From: Beijerinckiaceae bacterium
Lineage (GTDB): Bacteria; Pseudomonadota; Alphaproteobacteria; Rhizobiales; Beijerinckiaceae
NCBI GenBank assembly: GCA_965198715.1
Contig: CBDAPV010000002.1
Span: 388,807-452,806, forward strand
Direction of reading: 5' to 3'
Length of the DNA: 64,000 nt
Positions 1 through 15,270 of this stretch are shown here, one piece after another; within the stretch, counting starts at the first letter, position 1, and every line of letters begins with the position of its first letter. Made by a program: the position numbers and the translations under genes. Under the pieces are notes generated by a model. That model saw only the letters and a program-made list of their open reading frames with translations, had not been told where the DNA came from and did not search any database.

Positions 1-11
1 GCAAGGCCGAG

Positions 12-902
12 GTGATGGGTGTCGCGATCTCGCATCCCGAGAAGGCACTCTGGCCCGATGCTGGCGACGATGGCGTGGCCGTCACCAAGCGCGACCTCGC
101 CCTCTATTTCGAGGCGGTGGGCGCGTGGATGCTGCCGCACATCGCCGACCGTCCCTGCTCGATCATCCGCGCGCCCGACGGCATCGACGGGCAGACCTTC
201 TTCCAGCGCCACGCCATGGCCGGCGGCTCCAAGCTCCTCCACACCATGGAGATCGCCGGCGACCGTGCGCCCTACGTCTCGATCGACAGCGTCGAGGCGC
301 TGGCGGCGGTGGCGCAGAGCGGGGGCCTCGAACTGCATCCGTCGAACTGCGCGCCGGGCGCGCCCGACGTGCCCGGACGACTTGTCTTCGACCTTGATCC
401 CGCGCCCGACGTCGCCTTCGCCGAGGTCGTCACCGCGGCCAAGACGGTGAAGGAGGTGCTGGAGCTGCTCGGCCTCGTCACCTTCGCCAAGACCACGGGC
501 GGCAAGGGACTGCACGTCGTGGTGCCGCTGGTGCCCGACGACGCCGTCAGCTGGGAGCAGGCCAAGGGCTTCGCCCACGACGTCTGCCGCGCGATCGAGC
601 GCGACGCACCGACCAAGTACCTGACCAAGCAATCCAAGGCGGCGCGCAAGGGCCGCATCTACCTCGACTACTTGCGCAACGACCGGCTCTCCACCGCGGT
701 GGCGCCGCTCTCCCCGCGCGGCCGACCGCACGCCCCGGTGTCGATGCCGCTCACATGGGCGCAGGTGAAGGCGGACCTCGACCCGGCGCGATACACAATC
801 CGGAGCGTGCCCAGGCTGCTGTCGCGCAGCAAGGCTTGGGGCGACTATGAGGTCGGTGCCCGGCCGATCGCGGAGGCAATGAAGTTACTGCGGGATCTTT
901 AA
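12..902 (+). CDS. ligD: Non-homologous end-joining DNA ligase D, polymerase/primase (LigD Pol) domain protein; begins 12 bp into the window and may be the C-terminal module of a larger LigD
   Basis: 296-aa ORF with the LigD Pol-domain profile ([23 protein letters not shown] motifs, recalled from family knowledge). Confidence 0.7.
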   Translation: MMGVAISHPEKALWPDAGDDGVAVTKRDLALYFEAVGAWMLPHIADRPCSIIRAPDGIDGQTFFQRHAMAGGSKLLHTMEIAGDRAPYVSIDSVEALAAVAQSGGLELHPSNCAPGAPDVPGRLVFDLDPAPDVAFAEVVTAAKTVKEVLELLGLVTFAKTTGGKGLHVVVPLVPDDAVSWEQAKGFAHDVCRAIERDAPTKYLTKQSKAARKGRIYLDYLRNDRLSTAVAPLSPRGRPHAPVSMPLTWAQVKADLDPARYTIRSVPRLLSRSKAWGDYEVGARPIAEAMKLLRDL

Positions 903-912
903 CCAGATGGCA

Positions 913-1635
913 TTAAACCAGAACCTCGCCGAAGAGCTCCGTCATCGACGCCCAGGAGCGCGCGTCGGACTCGGGGCTGTAGCGAATGGCATCGGGCATG
1001 TTGCGCTTGGCGGCGCCCTGGTTGGTGAACGAGTGCACCGTGCCGCCGTAGACGTGCATCTGCCAGTCGCAGCCGGCCGCCTTCATCTCGCCCTCGAAGG
1101 CCTTGCGCGCGTCGCCGTCGATCATCGGGTCGTCGGCGCCGATGCAGACCAGCACCTTGCCCTTGATCGCGTCCTTGGCCGCCGGCATCTGCGTGCCGAG
1201 GCCGGAATGGAAGCCGACCGCGGCCTTGATGGCGGCGCCGGATCGAGCGAGTTCGAGCGCCATCGTGCCGCCGAAGCAGAAGCCGATGGCGGCGACCTTG
1301 GTGGCATCGACCTTGCCCGTGGCGAGCAGCGCGTCGAGCGCCTTGCGGGAACGCTCGCGGATGCGGGTCGGCTCGGCGTAGAGCGGCCTGATCTGGCCGA
1401 TCGCCGTCTCGAGATCGTCGATCAGCTCGGCCTCGCCGTGAAGGTCGCAGGCCAGCGCGAAATGGCCGGCCTCGGCGAGGCGCTGCGCCCGGCCGATCGC
1501 GTGCTCCGACAGACCAAACGCCTCTGGAAACACCAGCACGCCGGCGCGGGCGCTACCGCCGTCGGGTGCGAAAAGCTCGCCCTTCATGGTGAGCCCGTCG
1601 GCCTGGTAGGTGAGCGTCTCGCGGTGCATCGGCAT
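913..1635 (-). CDS. Dienelactone hydrolase family protein
   Basis: 240 aa, alpha/beta hydrolase with a GFCFGG nucleophile elbow and DLH-like layout. Confidence 0.7.
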   Translation of the reverse strand: MPMHRETLTYQADGLTMKGELFAPDGGSARAGVLVFPEAFGLSEHAIGRAQRLAEAGHFALACDLHGEAELIDDLETAIGQIRPLYAEPTRIRERSRKALDALLATGKVDATKVAAIGFCFGGTMALELARSGAAIKAAVGFHSGLGTQMPAAKDAIKGKVLVCIGADDPMIDGDARKAFEGEMKAAGCDWQMHVYGGTVHSFTNQGAAKRNMPDAIRYSPESDARSWASMTELFGEVLV

Positions 1636-1895
1636 CTCCTTCGCCGCGCGAAATAGACGGGCGGGGTCGGCCGGGCAAGCGGCGACGATCGAGTCCGCGA
1701 AATCAGCGCCGAAGATACAGGGACGGAGGGCAGGGCAGCGGCGCCAACCTCAGCCCCGGCGACAAGGGACCATTGGCCGAGACGCAAATGCCGTCGCCGG
1801 AACGGACGAAGAACGGCCGCGCCAACGGTGGCAACGAGGCCGGAGCGAACGACCGGACGAAGGAGCTTTTCCGGCACTTACGGTGCGGCGCCTTC

Positions 1896-3191
1896 CTAAC
1901 GGGCGTAGGCCGGCGGCTCGGAACCGAGGACCGAGGCGATGTCGGGCTCGGCCGGCGGAGGTTCGGCACCGGGCTTGTCGATGAAGTTGACCGGGATGCC
2001 CGGACGCACCAGTGACGCCAGCTCCTGGGCGTTCCAGTTCGTCAGGCGCACGCAACCGTGGGAATGGGTCTTGTCGATCTTGGATGGATCGGGTGTGCCG
2101 TGGATGCCGTAGGTCGGCTTGGTCAAGGCGATGAAGGCGGCGCCGACCGGATTGTTGGGGCCGGGCGGCAGGATCAGCTTCTGGGTGTTCTTGCCCTGCT
2201 GGAAGTTCTTCTTGGGATCGTAGGTGTAGGTCGGGTGCGGGGCGATCCCGCGCACCGCCCAGGAGCCCGACGGCGAGGGAAGCTCGTCGCTGCCGATGGT
2301 GGCGGGGTAGGCGACGATGAGGTTGCCGTCGGCGTCGTAGGCCTGCACCTGTCCCCGCGCCTTGTCGACATCGATGCGGGCGATCTGCGAGGCGATGGGC
2401 AGGGCGCCGGCGACCTCGGCGACCACGATGCGGCTGCCGGCGACACCCATGTCGACGCCGGGGTTCAGCGCCTTGAGGAAGCGCTTGTCCATGTGGAAGC
2501 GCTCGCCGAACATCTCCTCGGGCGAGCGATATCCCAGGTCGGGCATCTTGGCCTGCTCGGCGTAGTCCGGCGAGAGGTCGGGATAGAACGGCCCGACGAC
2601 ATCCTGCGGCGTGATCGTGTAGGTGCCGAGCACGGGGGCGGCACCGTCGGCGCCGAGCTCGTCCCAGACCCGGCGCGTGAGCTTGCCGTCGACCGGCAGG
2701 CCGCGCACCGTCTCGAAGGTCGAGACCGCCTTGGCGAGGTTGGAGCCCCAGCGCCCGTCGATCACGCCCGGCGGCGCGTGGTTGCGGTCGAGCAGGATCT
2801 CGGCCTTGAGCACCACGGGATCAATCGCTTTCGAGACTTCGCTGACGCGGGCGAAGCGCGCGGCGTTGATGGCCTCGGGCGAGAGCGGCGCGCGGGCCGA
2901 GGTCAACGCCTTCTCCGGCGCCGAGCGCCCGGCGTCGACCGGCACGTCGAGGGCACGGGGCAATGCCGCGGCGGGCCGGGTCGGCCGGGCAACGGGCGGG
3001 TTGGCGGGCACGTCGCGCTTCAGCAGGTCGGAGATGGCCGAGGGCGAGAACACGCGCGCCGGCGTCTCAGGCCCGGACCTGGCCAACGGATCGGCCAAAG
3101 CCGCGTCGATGGCGTCGTCCTGCGCCAGCGCCGGTGCCGCCCCGGCGGCGCTCAGCGCGACGAGCAGGGTGAGACGGAGGGGAAGCGACAA
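1896..3191 (-). CDS. L,D-transpeptidase (YkuD domain) with N-terminal signal peptide
   Basis: C-terminal HGCVRLTNWNAQEL catalytic motif. Probable TTG start at 3191 with GGAG 7 nt upstream, followed by signal peptide SLPLRLTLLVALSAAGAAPALAQ. The track ORF extends to 3362, abutting the upstream stop. Confidence 0.7.
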   Translation of the reverse strand: MSLPLRLTLLVALSAAGAAPALAQDDAIDAALADPLARSGPETPARVFSPSAISDLLKRDVPANPPVARPTRPAAALPRALDVPVDAGRSAPEKALTSARAPLSPEAINAARFARVSEVSKAIDPVVLKAEILLDRNHAPPGVIDGRWGSNLAKAVSTFETVRGLPVDGKLTRRVWDELGADGAAPVLGTYTITPQDVVGPFYPDLSPDYAEQAKMPDLGYRSPEEMFGERFHMDKRFLKALNPGVDMGVAGSRIVVAEVAGALPIASQIARIDVDKARGQVQAYDADGNLIVAYPATIGSDELPSPSGSWAVRGIAPHPTYTYDPKKNFQQGKNTQKLILPPGPNNPVGAAFIALTKPTYGIHGTPDPSKIDKTHSHGCVRLTNWNAQELASLVRPGIPVNFIDKPGAEPPPAEPDIASVLGSEPPAYAR

Positions 3192-3362
3192 GGCAGGACT
3201 CCACGCGTCGTGCCGCAGCGCCGCGAGACACGACGGCCACACTCTAGCTAAAGGCGCCGGTGGTAAACGAAGCCTTACCGCCGTGACACGGAAAAGCTCG
3301 TCGAAGTCTGGGGTATTTCCATGGCTTCGAAAACGGCGACCTTGAAGATGCAGGCCCTGCAC

Positions 3363-3944
3363 CTACTCGCCGGCGACATCCTCCGGGGCCGGGACGGCGA
3401 AGGCGTTGAGAATGACCGAGACGTAGGCGTAGACGCCGGCGAGATGCACGAGCTGGGCGCGTCCGGTCTCGCCGAAGGCCTTGCCGACGGCGGCGTAGAG
3501 GAAGCCTGGCAGGGGGCCGCCTCCGGCCAGCGCCGATACGCAGGCGAAGGCGAGCGCCTCTTCGTCCGATAGCCCTTCGGCGCAGGTTGAGGCGCAGAGC
3601 GCCGCGACCTGTCGATCGTCAAGGCCGACGGAGCGTGCGACCGCGCAATGGGCGTAGAGCTCGTAGGCGGCGCCGAAATGGCTGCCCATCGTCAGGATGA
3701 CGATCTCGCGGGCGCGGGGCGGCAGCGCGTCGAGCTCGCTCACCGCCTTGGTCAGCATGGCCGCCGCCTTGCCGATCTCGGGATGGCGCAGCCACACCGA
3801 CCAGGGCCCGATCAGCGCACCGTGCGCGTCGTGCGTCTTGAAGAGCTTGTCGAAGCCGCGCCTCTGGATCATCGCGCCCGACGTGTCGGCAAAGGCGCGT
3901 TGAGGCTCGTCGAGGTCCGCGGGCGGGATCGGGGGCAGTCGCAT
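3363..3944 (-). CDS. Carboxymuconolactone decarboxylase (AhpD-like) family protein
   Basis: 203-aa ORF with CMD-family similarity; start taken at MRLPPIPP. Confidence 0.6.
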   Translation of the reverse strand: MRLPPIPPADLDEPQRAFADTSGAMIQRRGFDKLFKTHDAHGALIGPWSVWLRHPEIGKAAAMLTKAVSELDALPPRAREIVILTMGSHFGAAYELYAHCAVARSVGLDDRQVAALCASTCAEGLSDEEALAFACVSALAGGGPLPGFLYAAVGKAFGETGRAQLVHLAGVYAYVSVILNAFAVPAPEDVAGE

Positions 3945-4082
3945 GGTCGGTCTCCCAAAGCATTGTCGCGCCACCTTCTAAGTCCGTGGCGCTCGCAAGT
4001 GTCCCTCGAGTTTCCGGTCGCGCATTAGCATCCTCTCCCGCTTCGCGTTAGGGTCGGGCTCCAAGGGAGTGCACCCGCCTCG

Positions 4083-4775
4083 ATGTCGCCCGTCACGGTC
4101 CTGGTGCTCCAGGGCCTGCAGATCGTCTGGATCAACATCCTGCTCTCCGGCGACAACGCCGTGGTCATCGCCCTGGCGTGTCGCGGGCTGGATGCGCGGC
4201 GACGACGCTGGGCGATCTTCGGCGGCTCGGCAGTGGCGGTGGTGATGCGCATCGCGCTCACGTTCTTCGTCGTGAAACTTCTGGGGCTGCCCTACCTCAA
4301 GCTCGCCAGCGGCCTGCTGCTGCTCTGGATCGCCTTCGACCTGCTGCGCTCGCACGAGAAGAACGAAGTCGCGGCGGCAGGCTCGATCTGGGGCGCGGTG
4401 CGCACCATCGCCCTCGCCGACGCGGTCATGTCGCTCGACAACGTGGTGGCGGTGGCGGCGGCCGCGCGCAACTCCCTACCGTTGATCGTCTTTGGCATCG
4501 CCGTCTCGGTCCCGCTGATCGTGTGGGGCTCCACGCTGATTCTCAAGCTGCTCAAGCGGTTCCCGTTGCTGGTGGTCGCCGGAGCGGCGTTGCTCGGCTG
4601 GGTTGCCGGCGAGATGATCGCGTCGGATCCGGCCTGGGAGGCGCTCCCGGGCGACCTGCCGCAGCATCTCGAGCTGATGGGCTCGGCCGCGGGCGCCGTG
4701 CTGATCCTTGTCGTTGCCGGTAGTCTGCGATTGTGGCGCCGGCGCAAGCAACCACCCGAGGTGACGGCGACCTGA
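4083..4775 (+). CDS. TerC/YjbE family integral membrane protein
   Basis: 230 aa, multi-TM, with the duplicated LSGDNAVVIAL / SLDNVVAVAAA motifs of the TerC family. Confidence 0.75.
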   Translation: MSPVTVLVLQGLQIVWINILLSGDNAVVIALACRGLDARRRRWAIFGGSAVAVVMRIALTFFVVKLLGLPYLKLASGLLLLWIAFDLLRSHEKNEVAAAGSIWGAVRTIALADAVMSLDNVVAVAAAARNSLPLIVFGIAVSVPLIVWGSTLILKLLKRFPLLVVAGAALLGWVAGEMIASDPAWEALPGDLPQHLELMGSAAGAVLILVVAGSLRLWRRRKQPPEVTAT

Positions 4776-4900
4776 GTGCAGGTGATTCGAGGTGACGGAG
4801 CGTGCTGCGGGCCGATCGAGTGTCACTTCCCGCACGATCGGGGCTTCGCTTGAGCTAAGCTGTCGGGCTATGCTGGGCTTAACGATGCGTCGGAGGGGTT

Positions 4901-7228
<2,328 letters not shown>

Positions 7229-7339
7229 GGTTTCGAGCGCGACGCGGCGGCTCGGAGCGTTTTTCGCTGGCCCGCATTTACCCCCTGCTGCTTCGGATCG
7301 CGGCGCGACGCCGCAGCTGACAACGGCTTCGGCCAGAGG

Positions 7340-9348
7340 ATGATTTTGGTAGAACGCGCGCCAGTCATGGCTGAGTTTCATGCGGTCGATCGAGACCTGC
7401 AGACGGCTGTCCGCCTGCTTCCGGGTCCGGCTTGGCTGATGCGCGCCGATGGCATCGTCGAGTGGGCCAACGAGCCGCTGCTGGCGCTGTTGGGTCAGAC
7501 CTCGGGTCCGCTGGTCGGACATGAATTCGCCAGCCTGCTGCATCCGGACTGTCGCGAGGATTTCGAGTTCGCCTGGCACAGCGCCGTTGAGGGTCACGTC
7601 TGCATCGGCCATAGGGGCTCAGGCTTCAAGGGTCGAATCGCCGTCGACAATGGCGGATGGCGTTGGCTGCTGATCCACGTTGCGCCGGCGCATCCGACGA
7701 TGGCACAAAGCGCAGCGTGGATCGGCACCGCTGCCGACGTCCACGCCGAGATCTCCGCCGTCGAGGCGCTGACCCGCGACAACGAGGAGCTCGAGCAGGA
7801 CCTCTTCACCCGGCTGCACGAGCTCAACCGGAACCGGTCCCACCTGCAGACGATCTTCGACGCCTGCCCGGACTATCTCTACCTGATCCGGCTCTCCAAG
7901 GATGGCGTGCTCGCCTACGAGGACGTCAATCCTGCCGCCCAGGCCTTGTTCGACATCGACCGCACGCTCGTCGTCGGTCGTCCAGTGGTCGACGTCGTGG
8001 CCGTCGAGAACGCTGCCAGCATTGAGGTGCACGTGCGTCGGGCGCTGCGCGGCAAGCGCATCCAGTATCAGGTAGAGCGCCGTACCGAAACGCCGATGAC
8101 CGTGCAGATCGTCGGCGCGCGCATCGCGTACTCGAACGAGGAGGAGGGCCTCGTCCTGTTCTGCGGGCGAGACATCACCGAGCAGCGCGTCGCCGAGGAC
8201 GCCCTGCGCCAGTCGCAGAAGATGGAGGCGGTCGGGCAGCTCACCGGCGGCCTGGCGCATGATTTCAACAACCTCTTGACCGGGATCATGGGGAGCCTCG
8301 ACCTTCTCCAGGTGCGCGTGGCTCAGGGCCGCTACGAGCGGGTCGATCGCTACGTCGAGGCGGCGCAAACTGCCGCGCAGCGCGCCGCCGCGCTGACGCA
8401 TCGCCTGCTCGCCTTCTCGCGGCGGCAGACGCTCGATCCCAAGCCCGCCGACATGAACCTCCTCGTGGCCGGGATGTACGACCTGCTGGCCCGTACCGTC
8501 GGCCCGGAGATCCACCTGCAGACGACGCAGGCCGAAGGCCTGTGGACAGTTCTCGTCGACGTCAGCCAGCTTGAGAACGCCTTGTTGAATCTCTGCATCA
8601 ATGCGCGCGACGCGATGCCCGACGGCGGGCGCATCGATGTCGAGATGCGCAACACCCGGTTGAGCGCGCAGACCGCCGGCGAGCGCGACCTGCCGCCCGG
8701 CGATTACGTCGCGCTCAGCGTCAGCGACAATGGCACCGGTATGCCGCCGGAGGTCGCGGCGCGCATCTTCGACCCGTTCTTCACCACCAAACCGCTCGGT
8801 TCCGGCACCGGGCTGGGCCTTTCCATGATCTACGGCTTCGCCCGGCAGTCGGGTGGCAACGTGCGGGTGCATACGCGGCCCGGCATCGGCACCACCATGC
8901 GCATCCTGCTCCCGCGCCATTTCGGCGAGGCGGAGAAGGAGACCGAGCGCAGCACTCTATCCGAAGCGCCGCGCTCCGCGGAGGGAGAGAGCATCCTGCT
9001 CATCGACGACGAGCACGCGGTCCGCTCACTCGCCGCCGAGGTGCTCGAGGAACTGGGCTACAGCATCACCATGGCCGCCGACGGCAACGAGGGATTGGAG
9101 CGTTTGCGGTCCAAGACGCGTTTTGACGTCCTGATCACCGACGTCGGCCTGCCGGGCGGCCTCAACGGTCGCCAAGTCGCCGACGCCGCCCGTGTGCTGC
9201 GCCCGGGCATCAAGGTGCTGTTCATCACCGGTTATGCCGAGAACGCCGTCCTCAACCATGGCCATCTCGCGCCGGGCATGCAGGTGTTGACCAAGCCCTT
9301 CGCCATGGAGGCCCTGGCCTCACGCGTGAAGCAGCTGATCGAGCAGCC

Positions 9349-9352
<4 letters not shown>
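7340..9352 (+). CDS. Hybrid sensor histidine kinase (PAS-PAS-HisKA-HATPase_c-REC)
   Basis: 670 aa; H-box [12 protein letters not shown]; DNGTGMP...GTGLGLSM; C-terminal receiver LLIDDE...D. Confidence 0.85.
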
Positions 9353-12075
<2,723 letters not shown>

Positions 12076-12247
12076 CGCATCGGACGATGATTCGGAGTCG
12101 CTTCGCGACGCTTATGTGCCTGTCCTCGCTACGGTTTGCTTTGTTGGAGCAAGTCCACAACAGCGGACGTAGCTCTAGCTGCCGTGACGGCCCCGCGGCA
12201 GAGGGCAGGCAAACGGGCAGGTCACCTCTTGAGATGCGCGGGACAGC

Positions 12248-12625
12248 TCAGATTTCGGCTTCCTCGCGCTTCAACAGCACCTCGTCGACCTGATTGAGCA
12301 GTCGGCTGAAGTCGACCGGCTTGGCATGGTAGTCGTCGCATCCGGCGGCGATCGCCTTTTCCTTGTCTCCGCTCATGGCGTGAGCCGTCAGCGCGATGAT
12401 CGGCGTCGCGTCGGATCTCTCCCGCATCGTGCGCGCGACCGTCCATCCGTCCATGATCGGCAAATCCATATCGAGCAGCACCAAGTCGGGATTTTGTGCG
12501 GCGACTTGGTCAAGCGCCTGCTTGCCGTCGTGCGCGAGGACGACCTCGAAGCCGCGCTTGCGCAGCCGGCGCGACAGGAAATCCCATAGTTCTTCGTGGT
12601 CCTCGACGAGGAGGAGCTTGGTCAT
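12248..12625 (-). CDS. Single-domain response regulator (CheY-like receiver)
   Basis: 125 aa with LLLVEDHE...LLDMDLP...ALTAHA...K receiver signature; convergent with kinase 3. Confidence 0.85.
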   Translation of the reverse strand: MTKLLLVEDHEELWDFLSRRLRKRGFEVVLAHDGKQALDQVAAQNPDLVLLDMDLPIMDGWTVARTMRERSDATPIIALTAHAMSGDKEKAIAAGCDDYHAKPVDFSRLLNQVDEVLLKREEAEI

Positions 12626-12700
12626 CGGTGATCCTGATCAGACGAACGTTTCGTGCTAATGCCACGTTCGAGGCGTCGAAAACCACCTTAGAAAGATGTT

Positions 12701-14578
12701 TTGGCGAGGGAAAGCGAATTGAAGAAGCAGCCCGCCGACGACATCGTGCTTGGAGACGACCGCGCCGCGGCGGTCCTTCCGACGCTCTTCGGCGGCGCGA
12801 TCATCGTGGCGGGCCTGTATTACGGCCAGGAGCTCACGGTGCCGCTGGTTCTCGCGGCGCTGCTCGCCTTCGTGCTGGCGCCGCTGTGTACGCTGCTTCA
12901 GAGATTGTGGCTGCCGCGTGCCCTGGCCGTCCTCGTCGCCGTGCTCCTGACCTTCGCCATCCTCGGCGGCCTCGGCATGATCGTCGGACGCCAGGCCGCC
13001 TCGCTCGCCTCCGGCCTGCCGGCCTATCAGACGACGATTACCAGCAAATGGAACGCTTTGGTCGCCAAGGTCGGCGCAGTCGAGCATTTCACCAAGGATA
13101 TCGGCGGCGCGGCCGCCCCGGCGGGGAAGGCCGGCACGGCGCCCAAGGACGACAAGGTCGCCGGCATCAGTCTTCCCGCCGACATGTCCGGGCTCTCGCT
13201 GTTCCGCTCGGTGGCGCTGCCGATCCTGGGGCCGATCGGGACCTTCGGCGTGACCCTGATCTTCGCCTTCTTCATTCTCGTTTCGAACGAGGACCTGCGC
13301 GATCGCCTCGTACGCTTGGTCGGGCGGCAGGACCTTCACCGCACCATCCTGGCGATGAACGATGCGGCGAGCCGTCTGTCGCGATATTTCCTGTTCCAGC
13401 TGGCGCTCAACGCCGCGTTCGGCCTCACGATCGGCGTCGCCTTGTGGATCGCGGGGCTGCCGAGCCCTGTGCTTTGGGGCATCTTGGCCGGCGTGATGCG
13501 TTTCGTGCCCTTCATCGGCGTCGTCGTGGCCGCGGTGCCGCCGCTGCTGCTCGCGGTGGCCGTCTTTCCCGGCTGGACGACGGCCCTGGCAGTGCTGGCG
13601 ATCTTCGGCATCGCCGAAGGCATGATGGGGCAGGTGGTCGAGCCCTTGATCTATGGCCACAACACCGGTCTGTCGCCGATGGCGGTGATCGTCGCCACCG
13701 CGTTCTGGGCGCTGATCTGGGGGCCCATCGGTCTCCTGATCGCGACGCCGCTGACGGTGTGCCTGGTCGTCTTGGGTCGCCACGTCGAGGCGCTGTCATT
13801 CCTCGACGTGATCCTCGGCGACAAGCCGCCGCTGGAGCCGCCCGAGACCTTCTACCAACGCGCCCTGGAAGGGCGCGGCATGGCCTTGGCGCCCGACGCC
13901 TGCAAGCGGATCGGCACGTCGTCCTACGTCGACTATTGCGACCGGGTGGCCCTGCCGGGCTTGGCCCTGGCGCAAGGCGATCTCGCGCGCGACGATTCCG
14001 CTTTCGAGCGCCTCGATGCCATCCACGGGCAGATCGGCGCCCTGCTCGTCAAGGTTCGCGTCGATACGACAAGCAAGGCGGCGAAGCGGAAGGGCATGGC
14101 GCCGGCCGATCCCGCCGCCGAACGAATGGGCCTGGCGGGGACCACCTTGCCGCCGCACTGGCGTGACGAGCATGCCATCGTCTGCGTGCCCGGACGGGGC
14201 CAGCTCGACGATCTTGCGGCGCTCATGGCGGTCGACGCGTTGCGCGACGCCGGTTTCGGCGCCTATAGCGAGGCCAACCTCGTCCTCAATGCGCGCGACG
14301 CGATGCCCTCGCGCTTCGCCGCCGCCCGGCTCTGCTGCCTCTCGATCCTTGAGGACGGCAGCACCGCAGCCTCGATCCGATACTTCATACGACGAATGCA
14401 AAAGCAGATCCCCGGCGCGACCGTCGTGATCGGCCTGTGGCACGCCGACCGCGACAGCGCGCTGCTCTCCACCCTTCGAGCGAGCGGCGGCGACGAGCAC
14501 GTGGTCCTATCGATCGGCGAGCTCATCGCCTTCTGCCAGGCGATGGCGGTTCGGCAGCCGGCGCTCGCGGCGGAATAG
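12701..14578 (+). CDS. AI-2E (PerM/YdiK) family transporter with a ~250-aa uncharacterised C-terminal cytoplasmic extension
   Basis: 625 aa; N-terminal ~370 aa multi-TM AI-2E-like (GIAEG, LIATPLTV motifs); C-terminal region with no recognised domain. Confidence 0.65.
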   Translation: MARESELKKQPADDIVLGDDRAAAVLPTLFGGAIIVAGLYYGQELTVPLVLAALLAFVLAPLCTLLQRLWLPRALAVLVAVLLTFAILGGLGMIVGRQAASLASGLPAYQTTITSKWNALVAKVGAVEHFTKDIGGAAAPAGKAGTAPKDDKVAGISLPADMSGLSLFRSVALPILGPIGTFGVTLIFAFFILVSNEDLRDRLVRLVGRQDLHRTILAMNDAASRLSRYFLFQLALNAAFGLTIGVALWIAGLPSPVLWGILAGVMRFVPFIGVVVAAVPPLLLAVAVFPGWTTALAVLAIFGIAEGMMGQVVEPLIYGHNTGLSPMAVIVATAFWALIWGPIGLLIATPLTVCLVVLGRHVEALSFLDVILGDKPPLEPPETFYQRALEGRGMALAPDACKRIGTSSYVDYCDRVALPGLALAQGDLARDDSAFERLDAIHGQIGALLVKVRVDTTSKAAKRKGMAPADPAAERMGLAGTTLPPHWRDEHAIVCVPGRGQLDDLAALMAVDALRDAGFGAYSEANLVLNARDAMPSRFAAARLCCLSILEDGSTAASIRYFIRRMQKQIPGATVVIGLWHADRDSALLSTLRASGGDEHVVLSIGELIAFCQAMAVRQPALAAE

Positions 14579-15185
14579 TCGCTCCCGCGAGTACGCCGAC
14601 GACGACGCGAGCTGCGTCCGCCAGCGTCGCGGCCGTCGGGCCGGCTCCGTTCTGGTCCACGGCCGGCACGTGGAGGAAGCCGACGACAGAAGCGAGATCA
14701 CTTCCGAGCGCGTGATACAGCGCCGCGTTGCAGACGTAGTCGCCGGCATCATCCGAGAGCGTCGCCTCGTGCCCGGCCTCGTGGAGCGCGGCGAGCACGG
14801 TGACCGCGGGCCAGGTCGCCGCGCGTGTCGCCGGCGCGCCTTCGACCAGCGCCGATGCCGCCGGCACGACGCCGTCCGTGTCCGGCGTTGCATGGCCCAC
14901 GACGTTGCGCGCCAGCGTCTCGATGTTGAGGATCGGGCGCCCTTTGGCAAGACCGAGCAGCAGCACGGCATCGGGTCGATGACGCGCGGCCTCGCGCAAA
15001 GCCGGGCCGACGCTGGCGAAGGTCACCGGCAGTCGCGCGAAAGCCAGCTCGACGCCATCGACGCCGTCGGTGTCGAGCAGCCGCAGCATCGCGAGCGTGG
15101 GGTTCGTCGGTGCGCCCGGAAACGGGCCGAAGCCGGTGACGAGCACGCGCGGGCGGCGCGGCGCCGCTGTAACGACATCATTCAT
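14523..15185 (-). CDS. pcp: Pyroglutamyl-peptidase I (pyrrolidone-carboxylate peptidase)
   Basis: 220 aa with VLVTGFGPF N-terminus and conserved Cys/His regions; 3' end overlaps the convergent AI-2E gene by 56 bp. Confidence 0.75.
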   Translation of the reverse strand: MNDVVTAAPRRPRVLVTGFGPFPGAPTNPTLAMLRLLDTDGVDGVELAFARLPVTFASVGPALREAARHRPDAVLLLGLAKGRPILNIETLARNVVGHATPDTDGVVPAASALVEGAPATRAATWPAVTVLAALHEAGHEATLSDDAGDYVCNAALYHALGSDLASVVGFLHVPAVDQNGAGPTAATLADAARVVVGVLAGATIPPRAPAAEPPSPGRRR

Positions 15186-15270
15186 GACTAATGCTAAGAC
15201 CTGTACGCGTAAGCGGCGTCAACGGGGGAGACGCTGTCGGGTTAGGGGGGCCGCTCCGCAGCCGGAGCGG

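Noticed and set aside
3945-4082. Possible yybP-ykoY Mn2+ riboswitch upstream of the TerC-family gene
   Set aside because: The spacer is short, and the only GGGAG element sits where a Shine-Dalgarno sequence is expected. The conserved riboswitch helices and motifs were not found.
12140-12225. Short inverted repeats (CTGCCG...CGGCAG; GTGAC...GTCAC) between the convergent kinase-3 and receiver genes, as a bidirectional terminator
   Set aside because: The stems are only 5-6 bp with long loops and no U-tract. They are not convincing as an intrinsic terminator.
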